Position numbers and translations under genes: made by a program | Shown here: piece after piece, positions 1-13,559 of the stretch | Numbering within the stretch: position 1 is the stretch's first letter | How the letters are laid out: the number at the start of each line of letters is the position of its first letter | Assembly: GCA_002633005.1 (NCBI GenBank) | Contig: NMRA01000027.1 | Span: 981,788-1,045,787, forward strand | Length of the DNA: 64,000 nucleotides | From: Phoronis australis | Taxonomy: Eukaryota > Animalia > Phoronida | Direction: 5' to 3' | Notes under the pieces: generated by a model | Seen by the model: the letters and a program-made list of their open reading frames with translations, nothing else | Told to the model about the DNA's origin: nothing | Database searches by the model: none

Positions 1-310
1 ATTCACCTGCAGAGCTCCAATCATTGTTATCAGCAGTGCTCTTTCAATGACTTTGCAATAATAGACCAGGCAGTAACAACAAAGGAGCTTAAAATTCGTG
101 AGGCTTTACATATCAGTTGGTGCAAGCCCAATCTCAATAGGCAACTGACACACCACAGGTTGTCATTGTTGGTATAGTTCATAATCACTCCCTGTAACTG
201 ACTGTATCTGTGCTTCATTACTTGTTGTTGGGCCTAGCCAGGTGGCCACTGTATTATGACTTCAGAGGATGGTGTTTAATAAATGACACCGAAACATGTC
301 AAGTTTTAAA
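1..310 (+). mobile_element. Penelope-like retroelement 3' end (GIY-YIG endonuclease C-terminus plus 3' UTR)
   Basis: Frame 1 reads IHLQSSNHCYQQCSFNDFAIIDQAVTTKELKIREALHISWCKPNLNRQLTHHRLSLLV*, which matches the F-x-I-I/L-D...L-K-I-x-E-A-L-H-I...K-P-x-L-N-x-Q tail of PLE GIY-YIG domains. A hammerhead motif follows. A near-identical copy is at 63150-63455. Confidence 0.8.
258..305 (+). ncRNA. Minimal hammerhead ribozyme motif with a mutated core, PLE-associated
   Basis: ACTT-CAGAGGA-T-GGTGTT..GACACC-GAAA-CATG-TC-AAGT. Helix I is ACTT/AAGT, helix II is GGTGTT/GACACC, helix III is the palindrome CATG. The core reads CAGAGGA instead of CUGANGA. Confidence 0.6.
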
Positions 311-1686
311 TCCGTTGTTGTTTTCGTGAACAATGATTTCTCTGACGAATTCCGGCTTACCAAAGAACTATCCATAGGTTTCTTAGCCTGTACATGTTCA
401 CGGCGCCTCTCTAGTATTTCTTGATCAGTGTATTCCGGCCTGTGAAACCTAACGATCCGACACATGAAGTCTTCGTCGGATGAGCTCTTGACTAGCGCCG
501 GACGAGTTGCCAGATAGACGTTTATTTTTCTGCTTTCTGTTTCAAATTGAATTATTCTCATCCCAGTCAATGCTTATATAAAATTGAAACCAAGTCTGTC
601 TCATTAGATACAATTTGTAATGTCTTTGCAGTATTCGTGAGTGCATTTGTTGAGAAGCCAGCAATGAATAAACCGCTGCGTTACCGGCTTTTGATGCTGG
701 CAATAAAGATAATTGACCTGGCCGCCCGAGCGCATGCTAATTCAGTGTTTGCTGACAGAAAGCTGTTGTGAAAAAATTACTCGATTTTATATGCCATGAT
801 CTTATGTTAGGGGAATCTTTATTTAGAAATACAAATACTTTATTCAAATCATTGTTACTGTACAACCTTTGCCCTGACGGTCTGTGGAAGGGGAACCCGA
901 CTTCGCGGCCCCCGACAAGTAAATAGATTTTCAGTTTCGTGGCTAATTCACAAAAACAAGTACGTGCACATTATTTCTTTGGCTCACTATTATAGTCTTT
1001 TCGTGACTGGAGGTTTAGTTTCCAACTCAAGCTGGTTTATGTTCGTGCCAGTTCCGGCGGCCGCCAGCGACGGGCCAGATCGGGTTCCGAGCCACTGGCT
1101 GGGATAACGAGTCAGTCCGGCCGCGGGGGGCCTGATCGGGTTCCAAGCCACTGGCCGGGATAACAAGCGTTTTGTGTGTTTAGAACACAAACATCTCAAG
1201 TCTAAACAACACAGATCTAGGTTCTCCTTCCTGTATTTCACAGAAGATTGCTCCTGCTACGGTACCTTGGTAAATTGGCCTGCCAAACTTTGTAGGCTAC
1301 AAATAAATCCGTAACAGCAAAATGAAACAACACGTTTTTATAATAACTCGGTATATTGTTAAGGGTTTTAAATCGAAGTTTGATGATTTATTGGTGTTAA
1401 ACGATGAATTCAAGTGATAAACTGACACCAGTAACCCGTGTTGTGAAATGCTGAACAGACTGCGTGTGAAACCAATTACGTCATTGGATAATTTCAACAC
1501 CTCAGTCTGCCATCAGGTGTCAACTGAACGTGACGTTATCGAGTAGAACTACTCGATCTAAGTTGATACAAAAGAGGTTGTTTTTTGGGTGGCATTCTCT
1601 TTCAATGCAACAAATTTTCCTTAAACCAAAGATGTGTCGCCACTGAAATTCTAAAACTACGCCAGCATTTTTCTTGTATTTTACAG

Positions 1687-3281
1687 GAAGTTCTTTAGCG
1701 CCAGTTGGATGGGATTTCAAGATCAGCAGTCCGGTATCGAAAGATACGACTGGTGTATCGGTATGTCAAAGGGAACGTGTGACATACAGCCATTCGTCAA
1801 CGTCCACAACTCTCACGAGCAAGTTCGACTTGATATGATTCTTCCAGTAAGCAAACCACTTTTTGTCAACGTGCGTGCGTGGAACAAGGCGGGACTGTGG
1901 GTAACAACAACATCTGAACCAATCATAGTCGATAATACTCCACCTGTTGTTGTTACAAATCCCGTATTCACAAAAGGCAATTTGTTGTCGTTGTATGACA
2001 ACACTCAGTTTGAAACCAATGCACTTCATTTCAAGTGGAAGTTTACAGACGCCAACAGTCCTCTCACCCGCCACGTTATCAGCGTGTCTTCACATCATAG
2101 TGGACTTTGCCCAGTAGAAAATCTTGAGATAGGTGATGAAGAGTCGCTTAGCATCAGCTTGAGCGAAAAACGTGGCCTGGCTGATGGGGATAGATATTAC
2201 GCAGCAGTGACAGCCTGTAACGACGCAGGACTCTGCACGTCTTCGAATTCCTCCGCCAACGTGTTAATAGATTCCAGTGCTCCGCACATCGGCCAATTTT
2301 TGCAATCATATTGGTCCAAAGAAGCTGGCAAAATAAAACTTAGGATTCTGTGGTCGGGATTTGTTGATCCCCATTCTGGAATAAAGCAGTACCACTTTTA
2401 TGCTGGCACCAATTATAGCTCTTATGACTTAACGAATGGGTTTGCCACAGTGCCCTACAAACCTCAATCAGGAACCACGAAACAAGAGGCGTCATTCTTC
2501 TTAACAACCAACCCGAGGATTGGTTCTAGCATTTACATCTCCATGGTGGCAGAAAACAACGTTGGCCTAAGGAGTAAAATTTTGAAGAATCTTGTAAGGC
2601 TTGCTTCAACTGTTCAGTCTAACCCTGTGCAGGGCATATTGGTCGTACAAAAGTATTCTTGCAATATACCCTTTTGCAACAACGATTGTGCGTGTGCGCC
2701 TATTGGAGGTACTTGCGACAAATTCAAATTTTCAAGTTGCACCCTGGTCACAAATCCGCCTTCATATATTAGGGTTTCCATTGGCTTCATTACCTCAGTT
2801 ATTTCATCCATGAACCACCGCTGCATTGCTGTAAAATGGATAGCTGCAAATCCTGAACACGTCATACGGTATCAGTACTCTCTCGGTGTCTCAGGTGCTG
2901 ATCCTGGTTATGGTGTTTTCAATCTAACCACGGAGACAGTGTGGCATAACATTGACTTGTGGACAAATACAACGTTCTGTTTACCACAAGGAAAAGTCTT
3001 TCAGTCCGATCCACCAGAAAAATATGTGGTTTATGTAAGAGCATGGTTTTCTAGCTCCACTCTGGCTCAATTTAAATCGCCCGACCTGGTGATTGACACC
3101 AGTGCTCCTGTACAGAGGCGAGGTCGTCATGTCCTTGACTGCCTTGATGCGACACATTGTGATGAAGACATAGAGTTCTCAACCGATACACAAAAGCTTG
3201 CGGCGAGTTGGAAAAATGTGTTTGTTGACATGGTCAGTGGAATTAAGGAATACGAAGTTGCAATCGGATTTTATCCTGGAG
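1687..3281 (+). CDS. Giant FnIII-like repeat protein, copy A, exon equivalent to exon 17
   Basis: Acceptor ttttacag|G and donor GGAG|gtaag. Open 1595 nt containing DNTPP, WSGFVDPHSGI and DTSAP motifs. About 94% aa identical to 49349-50943 by hand count. Confidence 0.9.
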
Positions 3282-3493
3282 GTAAGATACTACACGGTGT
3301 TTCGTTTCGTGGGACTGTTGCAAGGAGGTTTAGCCTTTAAAACATACATCATCAATTGAAGAACAATTAACATGTTTACAATGTATAATTGTCAGTATTT
3401 TTGAGGTATTTGTATCCTAGATTCTACTCTCAGAATTTTTATAATCTTTAAAAATTTGCGAATTGAAGTCATTAATATACATCTCAATTTCAG

Positions 3494-4729
3494 ACAGCTC
3501 TGTGAAACCAAAATTTACAACAACGACGTCATCGTACACTGAACTTGGCCTAACTCTCGTTAATGGCATGACGTACTATACAACTGTGAAGGCAATAAAC
3601 AAGGTTGGTCTCGCAACCACCGCCTCGTCAGATGGTGTGACAGTTGACAATGCATCGCCTTTGGCAGGAACGGTTTACAACACAAAAGATTTCCACAGCG
3701 TGCCTGCAACAGCTGACCCTTGTATTAGAGCTTCGTGGGAAGGATTTGAAGATGTCCACTCTCACATTAAGGCATACTATGTGAGCATAGAGGGAATGGC
3801 AGTTAGAAATAGTTTGTTGGTCAACCAGCAGCCCGTGGGCATCACAAACGCTGTGGAATTTTGTAACGTGACTTTAAAACAGAATACTTCTTATGTTGTT
3901 GCCGTGCAAGCTCAAGACGCAGCCGGTAGCATGTCGTCAAAGGCAATATCAGACCCTATTCTCGTTGACACGACTCACCCTGTGAGTTTTCGATGCACAA
4001 AATGGGTAAGCAGCCCACTTATTCCGGATTCTTCTGCACTGGCAAACGGCGAAATAAAAATTTTGTATAATATTACCATAGAAGCAAACAGCCTTTATGA
4101 ACTTGTTTTTGCTAGTTCTGGAGTAATGCCTAAAGTATCTTTAGAGTTCCTCGGTGTACATCTTTATTTGAGTTTCATATATTTCGCCGATGGTGGCTCT
4201 GAGGCAACGTACAGTTTTACATTACGGGATTCAGCTTCAACTAATTTTACGCTGAATTTAGCCTCAGGGTCGGAAAATGTTGCTGTTTCCCAGAAAGTGT
4301 GCGTTACTGAGACAATCTCTGAACCTGATTCAGCAGTTAATCTGCGTCAGTTAGGCCCACTTGAACTCATGCTAAGTTTTCACGCTAAAGACCCCGAGAG
4401 TGGCATACGACAACACCTGGCAGGTGTTGGCACAACGTTCGGTGGATTTCAAGTTGCAAAGCTGCATAGCCTAGGTCAACAGCAGCACATGGTCTATGAC
4501 ATCAAATTGCCACATGGGACTCCAGTCTTCGCAACCGTGATGTCCGAGAATAATGCCGGATCCAGAGCCTACTTCCGGTCAAACAAGCTGGTCGTAGACC
4601 ACGCTCCACCGATAATATCCAACTTGACCTTTATGATCAATCTAGTTGGCGGAACTACCTACAAGCTTGTGAATGCATGGACTGCCGAAGACCCTGAGAG
4701 CGGGATCAGCAAGTGCAAACTCCATATAG
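3494..4729 (+). CDS. Copy A, exon equivalent to exon 18
   Basis: Acceptor tttcag|AC and donor ATAG|gtaag, phase 1-1. 1236 nt, the same length as 51157-52392. Contains ASWEGFEDVHSHI and DPESGI motifs. Confidence 0.9.
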
Positions 4730-6039
4730 GTAAGGTTTCTTGTGAGTCGCGATTTAATATTAATATTGTAGAGCGATCCAAGAGCGTAGTTGGTGCTGGT
4801 GTACTCGAGTGTGTTTGAGATATGTCTAAGAATTCCGGAAGAGTTTTGTTATGTTAAAGTGTACTGGAAAGTTTTTTCCAGTGGCTAAATCCTTTATACT
4901 TTGAAATATGTAACTTTTCTCTTCCAATTTGCCAACCTATTTTTAATCGTGACAATTCTCCAAAAATACTGAGCATGTCATGCCAGCTTTCTGAAAGAGT
5001 AGATATCGTAAATTTACACCCCGAAGAAATTACAAACAGGTTTTATCTGAAATGAAAATATCTGGTAATTCTAGAAATTATATTTGATCTGTACACCGTG
5101 CTACTGGAAGATTTTCCGGGAAAGGTGAGTTTGTTTTACTCGAAACTGCATTAAACAGGCAATATTGGAGGTAAGAAAAAACTATATTCTTTTGGCAAAA
5201 TGCAAACAAAACATTGGCGCTTACAAATTGCCACGATCTATAATGTGTAGCCTTTTTAATTGCGCTTTTATCCTTTCCTCTTGAAAATGCTACCGAATAC
5301 TACATGTATTTTTAAGCTTATATGTACTGCGATATCTCGCACAACCCTGTATTAAAAAATTGCCCACTTTAGCAGTTAATAGTTAAATTTTGTAAAAGAT
5401 TGTCCTAGAACAAAACACTTTGTGAGATCGACACGTAATCCCTGCGGCAAATTTTGGTAAGTTAGAAGGAAAAATGTGCAACCTGCCTCTCCCATTTCCT
5501 CCTCTGCGCTCATGTTCAGTTACCCAGCGATATCATGCGATCTCACAAGCAAAAACAAACTGCAAATATGATTATAAGCCGTAATTATTGACATTTGGAC
5601 GCTTCTGACAGTCAGATTATATTACATGAAACGAGAGAAATCAAGGTTGCTCGAGGCCGAAGACAGACTGCATCACGTCGCTTCCCGGCATTGGCGGAAC
5701 TAGAATGTCGCAAGTGATGGTACAGCAACAGTTTGGAATGAAAACTGTGACCCTTGTCGGTGGTTCTTTTATTTGGTGGTATCGGATTGGGAACTGCAAT
5801 TACTCTCTGCCAATCGGGTTGTACTCGATCTCAATTTATCTTGGCAGAACCGAGAGAGAAACCAGTATTTGTTTCACAATGAATCCGTTGAAGCTTCCTT
5901 CTTCTGGATTAGTCAGCATGCATTTTTTTTTACACTAATTTTTAATCATAAATTTTACAAGAACATGAGATAATACTGTACACAAATACACAAGCAATTT
6001 TCTTAAAATTTGACGTTGTAGTGAAAAAATTCATTCAAT

Positions 6040-6457
6040 GTCCAGATGCAAAAAACAGTCCCAAATAGGGACTCAACTAAGTTCCCTAAATCTACTGCAT
6101 GCGTATTTTTTGGACTTGTGAAAGCATCGATTGTCCTTTATTGTATTGCTTTAGTTTCATTACTAAGTCAACTTTTGATTTTGATACAAATCGAAAGTGA
6201 ACTCTATGTTGAATTTTCAATATTGTCAAAAGTGAGTAACACCCCCAATTTAAGGACTTAGACCCTATTTTTTCAATTAACTCTTGGCTCAATTTTACTT
6301 ATATTATTAGAAAATGTCATTAATGAAAGAGGAGCTCATAATTAGTATCAAATGATAGGAGAATATTACATCTTTGAGTCCATCAAGATAAAAATACACA
6401 AAAAGACTTAGGGACCTTAGCTAAGTCCCTATTTGGGACTGTTTCATGCAACCGGCC
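6040..6457. mobile_element. MITE with about 50-bp TIRs and an AAT target duplication (Harbinger-like ends)
   Basis: Left arm TGCAAAAAACAGTCCCAAATAGGGACT is the inverse of right arm AGTCCCTATTTGGGACTGTTTCATGCAACCGGCC. Flanked by AAT on both sides. Also present in copy B at 53742-54129, so it predates the duplication or conversion. Confidence 0.7.
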
Positions 6458-6835
6458 AATGAGATCCACTTAAAATTATAGTCTGTTAATAGTTAAAGGA
6501 ATCGCAGGCGAATGGTTTGTCCGAATTTGATGTATTGCCAACGTCTGCTTGGTGACTTTATATTGACCACGTCAATGATGTATGGTTTCTGCAACGTGTA
6601 TTTAGTCAGTGAATAGCGACATACGTCGTCCGGCTACCTTAGCTTGCTGGGCAGTAGCACATCATATCGGAAGTGATCGTGCTGTGCGAATGCCAATCGG
6701 AGGACGGAAATATCGGTAATCACATAATAAAATACAATATAACAGAATATCATATATTGTTTTTGTAATTTATTATGGGTAAATACAAATGTATTTAAAA
6801 ATACATTTATTTAGGTTTTGGCCATAATAGATTAC

Positions 6836-7070
6836 AAAAACGGACAACCGCCGAACAAATGAAAAGTTTGTATTAATTCGATGTATCGTCTATTCATTAG
6901 ACATCATCAGGATACAAACAATCAGAGATCAAGTGTCGACATACAAGTCAGGTTACATCAATGAATTAAAATGAATGCAATAACAATGTGTCCTGATGAT
7001 GTCTGATGAAAATACGAAACGTCCAATTCATGTGGACTTCTTTATTTCTGCGACTGTTGTCCCTTTTTTT
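6836..7070. repeat. About 80-bp inverted repeat, each arm carrying a degenerate hammerhead-like motif
   Basis: TCGTCTATTCATTAGACATCATCAGG at about 6886-6911 is the inverse of CCTGATGATGTCTGATGAAAATACGAAACGTC at about 6992-7023. The same structure is at 54517-54750. Confidence 0.65.
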
Positions 7071-7804
7071 GATAAAATATCGTAAAATTGTATAATAGTT
7101 CCTTTTTGTTATCCACTTAGTGTGATCTGTTAACCTGCTGGATTCATGTAGATAATAATTTTCGTATTTAACGGCCAAGCATAGCTGGACAGTTACGCCG
7201 TTAAAGGGCTTGATGACAATAAATGCGACAGATGGCGCGTCATCTTACGGTGAGGATGAGTAGTACCATTATCTATCGATAGACGTCTACCGTAGGAGTG
7301 GCACAGTGTCAGTTTGCCATCGTCTCTGTTCATTGTGCGATATAACTCGCCCAAATGTCGAGAACCAGATTTCTCCACTGAATCACGGGCATCAGACTGA
7401 TTCTCAAAATACGAGCACGTTACATCTGACTATTGCCTTACGTTTCTTACTATTGTGGTGATGTTCAGTTGTTTAGCTTTTCTGATATCTAACTACGTAT
7501 ATGGCTATCACATGAGTGTGTGCAAATGTCGACACCGTCTGCAATTAAACAACAGAAATTCCAAGCAATGGTGTATTTGGACAACCACCTTGAGATATGC
7601 TAAATTTGACTAGCTAGATGTCTCCATTGTTTTAATGTCGCCTTTCCAATTAATATGCTGGTATGAGCTCTAAAAATGAATAGGTGCATGGGTTCTAGGA
7701 TTGGAAATTTGAATCTTTTGTCTCAGTGCAACTAATGCGAAGTCGTGACACTGGCGAGTACATACATGTAAGGTTGATAACGGCGTGTTTTACACCAATT
7801 ACAG

Positions 7805-8335
7805 GTGATTCGCCCCTCACCAGCACCATCCAATCACTGGTCACGGTGTCACCAACGTCTGAGGGTTATCGGTCAACGACCACGACTACTCTTTCACACG
7901 GTCAGACATTATACTCTACCGTGTGGTGCTCTAATCACGCTCAGTTGTCGGCAACTTCCGTTTCCCGACCTGCCACCGCTATTAACCAAGGACCTTCTTC
8001 TTCTGAGGCGAGGGTTAGATTCTTGATTCCACAAACTGGACTTTACCAGAGTAAGACTGAAGCCATCGCTGACTCAAATTACCTCCATATCGCCTGGGCC
8101 GGATTCCAAGATGTGGTTGGCCAAGTGACTTATAAAGTTCGCATTATGAAAGGAAGCACCGAGTTTCAGCCGTGGTTAGATGTTGGTCCTGTAACCGATT
8201 TCCGTCTCTCCAATCTATCGTTCACAGATAATGTGTGCTACAAAGCCGACGTGCAAGCCTTTAATGTCAAAGGTTTGTCAAGCTCAATCGTGTCAGATGA
8301 AACATGTGTCGACAATGATGCGCCGAAATTAACCG
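7805..8335 (+). CDS. Copy A, exon equivalent to exon 19
   Basis: Acceptor attacag|GT and donor ACCG|gtgag. 531 nt, the same length as 55458-55988. Confidence 0.9.
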
Positions 8336-9467
8336 GTGAGTAATTGATCTACCTTTTAAGAATAGAGCTTTTCAGTGTCCATCTTATCGTTCTGACATCG
8401 TTTTTTTCGTTACTTTATCTGCGTTTAGCAGCTTTAATTATGGATTTCAAAATCAATTATCGTAATGCTTATGGCTAGTCCGACGCGATAAAATTTGTAA
8501 CTGAAGGTGCGCGACAGTTCTAAGCCTGTATTTATTAGTCCGGTTTTCCTGGCATGAATTTCCAGTCGTCGCAATAAAAACACTTGACTTGTAATCAAAC
8601 CTATTTGTCAGAGAGACGAACTGGGACTAACAAACAAAAGCTGGTGAAAAATCCAGCGGTAAAATTACATCGACAACATCATCCAGTGAAAACTGATGAC
8701 GCAGTGTTTTCTCGTTTCGCTACAAAATTGCAAATGAATTCCACAAAAGGTGTGTAAAGGTTTTGCGATAAAAATCTACGATAACAACATCAAGTTGCTT
8801 TTGACCGCGTCACTCCGTCACTAAAGCTCACTAAAACCAGTCGCTTGTCACCAACTGTGAACTGAAATTGTTGATAATTTTCTGCGTTTATTTCTTGTTG
8901 TGAATAAATACCGTGTCGCCGCAACCATTTTCGATACAAACACAGATGATGGTCCAGAGTCTAATCTCTGAACTCAGACTCACATCACTCTCATACTCGA
9001 AACTTAGCCAATCACGCCGCTAGATTCGTCAAATTTTGTAAGTTTACTCGAAAGATGGAGTGGAATTGGTCAAATTCTATTACTGTGATTGAAAGCTTAG
9101 AACCATTTTTTTGTAGCGTTATGCGCTGGCATACTGTAACGAGTGCCACTGGTTTGAGCAAAACACAAAGATTGTCCCTTTAATATTGGTCTTAGCTTAA
9201 ATATGGATTATTTTCGAAACGATTTAAGTTGTTCAGAACTAGGATACAATGTGTGTATCGGGTCCTAGTTCAGAATGTCGTAACCAAAATCTACGCGTTT
9301 GGGCTCATGTCTTCTTTGTCTTTTTGCTATTTTCAGAATTCAAAAATAATAACACAAAATAATGTCACCCTTACTAATACAATTGCCAGGTATCCATGCC
9401 GTGGACGAAATACTTCTCCCGTACAAATTACATTCTTATGAATTCAAGACATTTTATGCAATTTAAG

Positions 9468-9742
9468 GTCAACAACCACAACTCAAAGCTACTGGAAATG
9501 CCCTGAATATCAGCTGGTACCCCAGTTTTGTACATGACGTCAACCTATGGTACGAGGCGTGCATTGGTTTCTCCGAAGGTGCCTGCGACGTACTTCAGCC
9601 AATAGAGACGACTCAACCATTTGTAATTCTGGATGTCAACGAAAGAGACCTTAGCGTTGGGACAGAGCTATTCGGCGTAACTACTGCTGTAAAACCTTCT
9701 GGCATGTTTAAAGTTTTGAAATATTCTGCTATAGTATATTAG
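9468..9742 (+). CDS. Copy A, terminal exon (missed by the ORF track)
   Basis: Acceptor tttaag|GT. Reads GQQPQLKATGNALNISWYPSFVHDVNLWYEACIGFSEGACDVLQPIETT...KYSAIVY, then TAG at 9740-9742. Paralog at 57275-57549. Confidence 0.85.
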
Positions 9743-12455
9743 ATGCTCACCTGTAAAAAATACGATGTCATTTTGCGTCAAAGCTCGTACGGCCAACCGA
9801 AGCTAAAACCGTAATCAAAATTTGATGTTTTCTACCGGCACAAAAAGCAGTAAAATAGTTGATTGAGGTGGTCGCTAGATGCGAATAGAGCTTTGCACTG
9901 CGGTCGAACTTAAATTATTTTGAAACATTTCTGTTTTCCTGGAAAGACACAGCGTCGCGTGCTAAGCCATCTAGCTTGGACCGAGCGTACGATCTTTGAT
10001 AAAACAGGGATCACATATTTTTATTTTGTGTATCAAATATTCTGTGTCTATTAAATGTTTAGCTTGCGTGTCTTTTTATTAAAGCGTCTATCTACAATTT
10101 GTTACAAGATGAATATGCAAATTCAAATACACATGTTTCTGTAACAAAACCTAACAGTGTCTTACAATTGTAATCCAGAAAGGAAACTGTTAATGGAATA
10201 TATTGCGCATGCGCGAACACGCTAAGTTAGCCATTCATCGGTATCTCTATGATTCGCGTGTGTCTGTAGAAACTACGTCGCCTGCTAAAATACAGCTTTG
10301 CCACCCAATCGTCTGTTGTGTGCTAGTGATCATGTCCGTGAGGAATCATATTGTGAGTATTTTTCAAGGATGTGCGAAGTACATGTAATGATCTACTCTT
10401 GTTTGACCATCGAATGAGCTTGATTTCATTCATTTAAAGACCGAGAAAAGGCTAAGAAGATCCAGCAAAGCTGTACAAATTTGAAATGCCGGCGCCAATT
10501 ACCCAGCCATTTACGAGAACCAATTACTGCCACACGCTATTTAAACACCTCGATATCTGCATTGTTAATTTGTATATGTTGTAATACTGTCGGGAATTCA
10601 CACTGTTTTCTTCTGCCATTGAACAAACACGTGAATCATACATGTATAATGTTCTGTCATGGATACTCATTAGTTAATGACCACATCTACATAGCCAACA
10701 ACTTTCTAGAAACTCACGGACGCCAACAGCTTTCTTGTCACGCACCAATAGTGTTTTTTTCACGAGCAACCACTATTTTGTACTCAAGTTTAATTGAGGC
10801 GATTTCCTGTTCTCGTGAACAACAGCTCTGTCTCGTAGTAATCTAATCAAAAGTGGTTTCTGGTTTCAGGAAGATCCGACTTGTTCTTAAGATCTTGAGG
10901 TCATTTTAAGCACGCAGGCTCACATTTTCCCCATCACTCCTTGGGCACACAAAATGGTTGTGATCAAAGAAGAGGTGCATTCTTTAGCATAGGAGCATCT
11001 TCTCATGTAGAAGCATGGGCACACATACTGTTAGCAGCCTTGACAACAATAGAATAGGTAGTTTTAATTAAAAAAGTATGTGACACCACCTATAGGTGTC
11101 TCTCGCTGAAAAGTTAAGGTTATGTAATGCCTTACCAACATGTCTGTGTATTTAGCGTAATATCTGCGAATCCTTAACATGACTATAGAATTATAGTATT
11201 GACTTTCTAGCAACCTGTCAATAATTAGGTCACAGGACTATAACAATCATTCTAGCCAACATATGCCTTCTTTCCAGCACTCCATTTGCTACAGGCCAGA
11301 CTGAACTATCTTTTATCTATTACCAGTATGTAAAATGCATCGTTTGCACAAACTCCGTCTCCCCCGCTCCACTACAGACCTTCGCTGTGCCTGTTTCGAC
11401 ACCACCTTGGTCCCAGGTATTGCACCGGCCCCCTACTTGGATTCGAGGTGTTCTATTTTTTTTTCTCGCGGGCCGTTTTTTCGCGGACGCCGAGGGAGGG
11501 TGGCCAGTTTCGTGGTGGCCTGGGTGTCGTCACTCGGTCGGCTTAATTTCACTCCCTCCGTCTTCTGTCCCATATATAATTCATCGGGCCTGTCGCCGCC
11601 AAAATGAATGATGTCTCATTAAAAATGTTTTACTCTTACTTGAGTAAACTGAATTATTTACCCGGGTGTTGGAAGTTGGCGTTCTTCAGTTATTCTGCTG
11701 GTAAAATTGCCATGCGCTCTTTAGGCGCTATTGCGTCACCTATTGGCCAATTTCCGTGTCCGTCAATCAACTGTGAGGATGCGTACGTGTCATAACAGTC
11801 GGAAGTGGTTTCATTTCGTTACAAGATTTTACTATTTCAATACCAGAAAACCCAATTTCAGAACAAACTCTCGAGAGATATCGCAAGCTTTTATGAAATG
11901 GCGCGTACGTGCGCGTGTCACGAGTATGCACTGTTTTCAAAAAGACGGCAGATTTTCCTTAGTTGCAAGGCGGAGCTACGAAAAATAATGCTGATTAGAT
12001 TTTTATACTTCTATGAACGGCTGTAACGGGCAAGATTGTAACGGGCAAGATGAATGTCGGTTAATTCCAACATTCTGCATGCACCCCTGCAGGTTGTTAG
12101 CTCTAAGTTATACGACGAGGTGACGAGCTGAGCACCCGGGTTGTTTGAAATTTCGGTGTTTAAAGGCGAAGGCAACCTTTTTTCCATGTCATTTTGAGCT
12201 AAAATAAGGTTGGTTGGTTATCCTAGACATATTTTCCATTTAATTACAGCTTTTCGTAATTTTATTAAATACTCGTCCGCTACTCCGGAAGTGACGTTTT
12301 AGGAGGCAAGCGTTTCCCGCCACTTGGTTTTGCGTTGACTTTACCGTGCGAATCTGTTCTATTCTACTTTTGTTTTGTGCTGTTTTTCAACAATTGTCGC
12401 CACCCCTTTCTATCGGCGAGAATTCTGCGGCAAGATAGGTTAGTAGAGAACTCAA

Positions 12456-13559
12456 CTACGTTGGATTTAGGGATTGTTTAGTGTGTTGTAAGCTGAAAAT
12501 GGCTGGAGTCGGTGACCCGTCACAATGACAGTAGTGTGAGTGACGGAGACCTTGTTCACAGCAGTGGTGACGAGGAATTTTTTCACGGACATTCAGTGGG
12601 TGTTTGAGCCCGAGGATAACGAGGCAGAGTACGCACAGGCACAGGCAGCTGTTGAGAGAAACGAGGCGGCTACTGAGGACAGACGTGGTGACACATCTTG
12701 GTGCAAATGCACTGTGTGCGTTGTTATGCCTACAATGCTTGTGCTGTTCAGAGTTCGACGAGGCCAAGCCACTACTGGACATGGTTAAGTGGACCTCCGG
12801 CATACCACGGACAGAGGAACAACTGTCCCACTTGCCAGAGTGTCCCGCGACACACTCCCACTGGATGGTGACCTGAGCACCCAAACTGCTTACATCGTGT
12901 CGTGTGACTCCCTCGCCACACACCTGGCACCTTCTAAATAGCAAGTCCACAATAAGCTTATCAAAGTTTGGCTCACCGATCTGTTCACTGAACGACGAAC
13001 TGTCCTCTTCACTGGGTGTCGAACTGGGCCTGTAATCACTCCCACTACTCAATATCGCTGCAGGGCTGCTTAGAGGCTCTGGGCTGGAGAAAACAGCACA
13101 GGGCGAATCACTACTGGTTCCAGGAATTGCACGCTCTGGGGTACGTTCGGAGGCACGGGTGACAGTAGATGAAGTGCCTCCACTGGCTCCAGTCACTGTA
13201 CTGGCCACAGCTCGCGAGGCTTCTCGCTTCAAAAACGCACTTCTCGGGGGTGGCGACGGGGCACTGCCGGGAATCAACACAGACGGAATGGCATCCTTCT
13301 TCAGGCGTTGTTTCGCAGGGACCTTCATCAGTTCAGCGTACAAATCCCTTTCGTAATCGGACGGCAGAAAGTGCTTGCCACACACACGGTAATTCTCCAC
13401 TGCTTTGTACGTTGCGTGGACGGGTAACGCTGCGTTCTTCACAAGAACGAGCCAAGTACGGCGAAGTGTGTCATCCATCGGAAAGCGATGCAAAGGCACT
13501 CCCAAAGCGCGCGTGAGCCAATAATTAGTAAATTCCGGTACGCAGCAACAGTGTGGCAT
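12456..13559 (-). pseudogene. Truncated Kolobok transposase: THAP domain plus Zn-finger, DDE core deleted
   Basis: MPHCCCVP..LHRFP..RRTW..VCGKHF..DY..RLKKDAIPSV is a THAP domain. CQVCG..WECVAGHSGKWDS is the Zn motif that precedes the catalytic domain. The ORF then runs into the antisense strand of the second gene. Confidence 0.8.
12499..12757 (+). pseudogene. KolX / P2X7-ballast-like Cys-rich gene fragment
   Basis: Acidic N-terminus, WVFEP, then RRGDTSWCKCTVCVVMPT and, after a frameshift, CLCCSE. This matches the W-C-x-C-x2-C-x2-M-P-T...C-x-C-C-x-E signature. Confidence 0.75.

Larger units (their letters stand above)
1661..11169 (+). repeat. Segmental direct repeat, copy 1 (pairs with 49325-58950)
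   Basis: Colinear exon, intron and 3' flank similarity at an offset of about 47.7 kb (exactly 47662 at exon 17). Confidence 0.95.

Noticed and set aside
262-771. Short ORFs at 262-570 (-) and 547-771 (+), and the many other 60-110 aa ORFs in introns and spacers
   Set aside because: No recognisable motifs or splice-compatible context. Many are antisense or alternate-frame shadows of real exons.
1070-1215. Short GC-rich direct repeat and a TGTGTTTAGA/TCTAAACAACACA hairpin
   Set aside because: Too short to assign. Probably an internal piece of a repeat element.
1709-4818. ORF-track ORFs treated as separate complete genes in an operon-like arrangement
   Set aside because: Their ends run past clear GT donor sites, and paralog protein similarity breaks down soon after those sites. 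They are exons of one gene.
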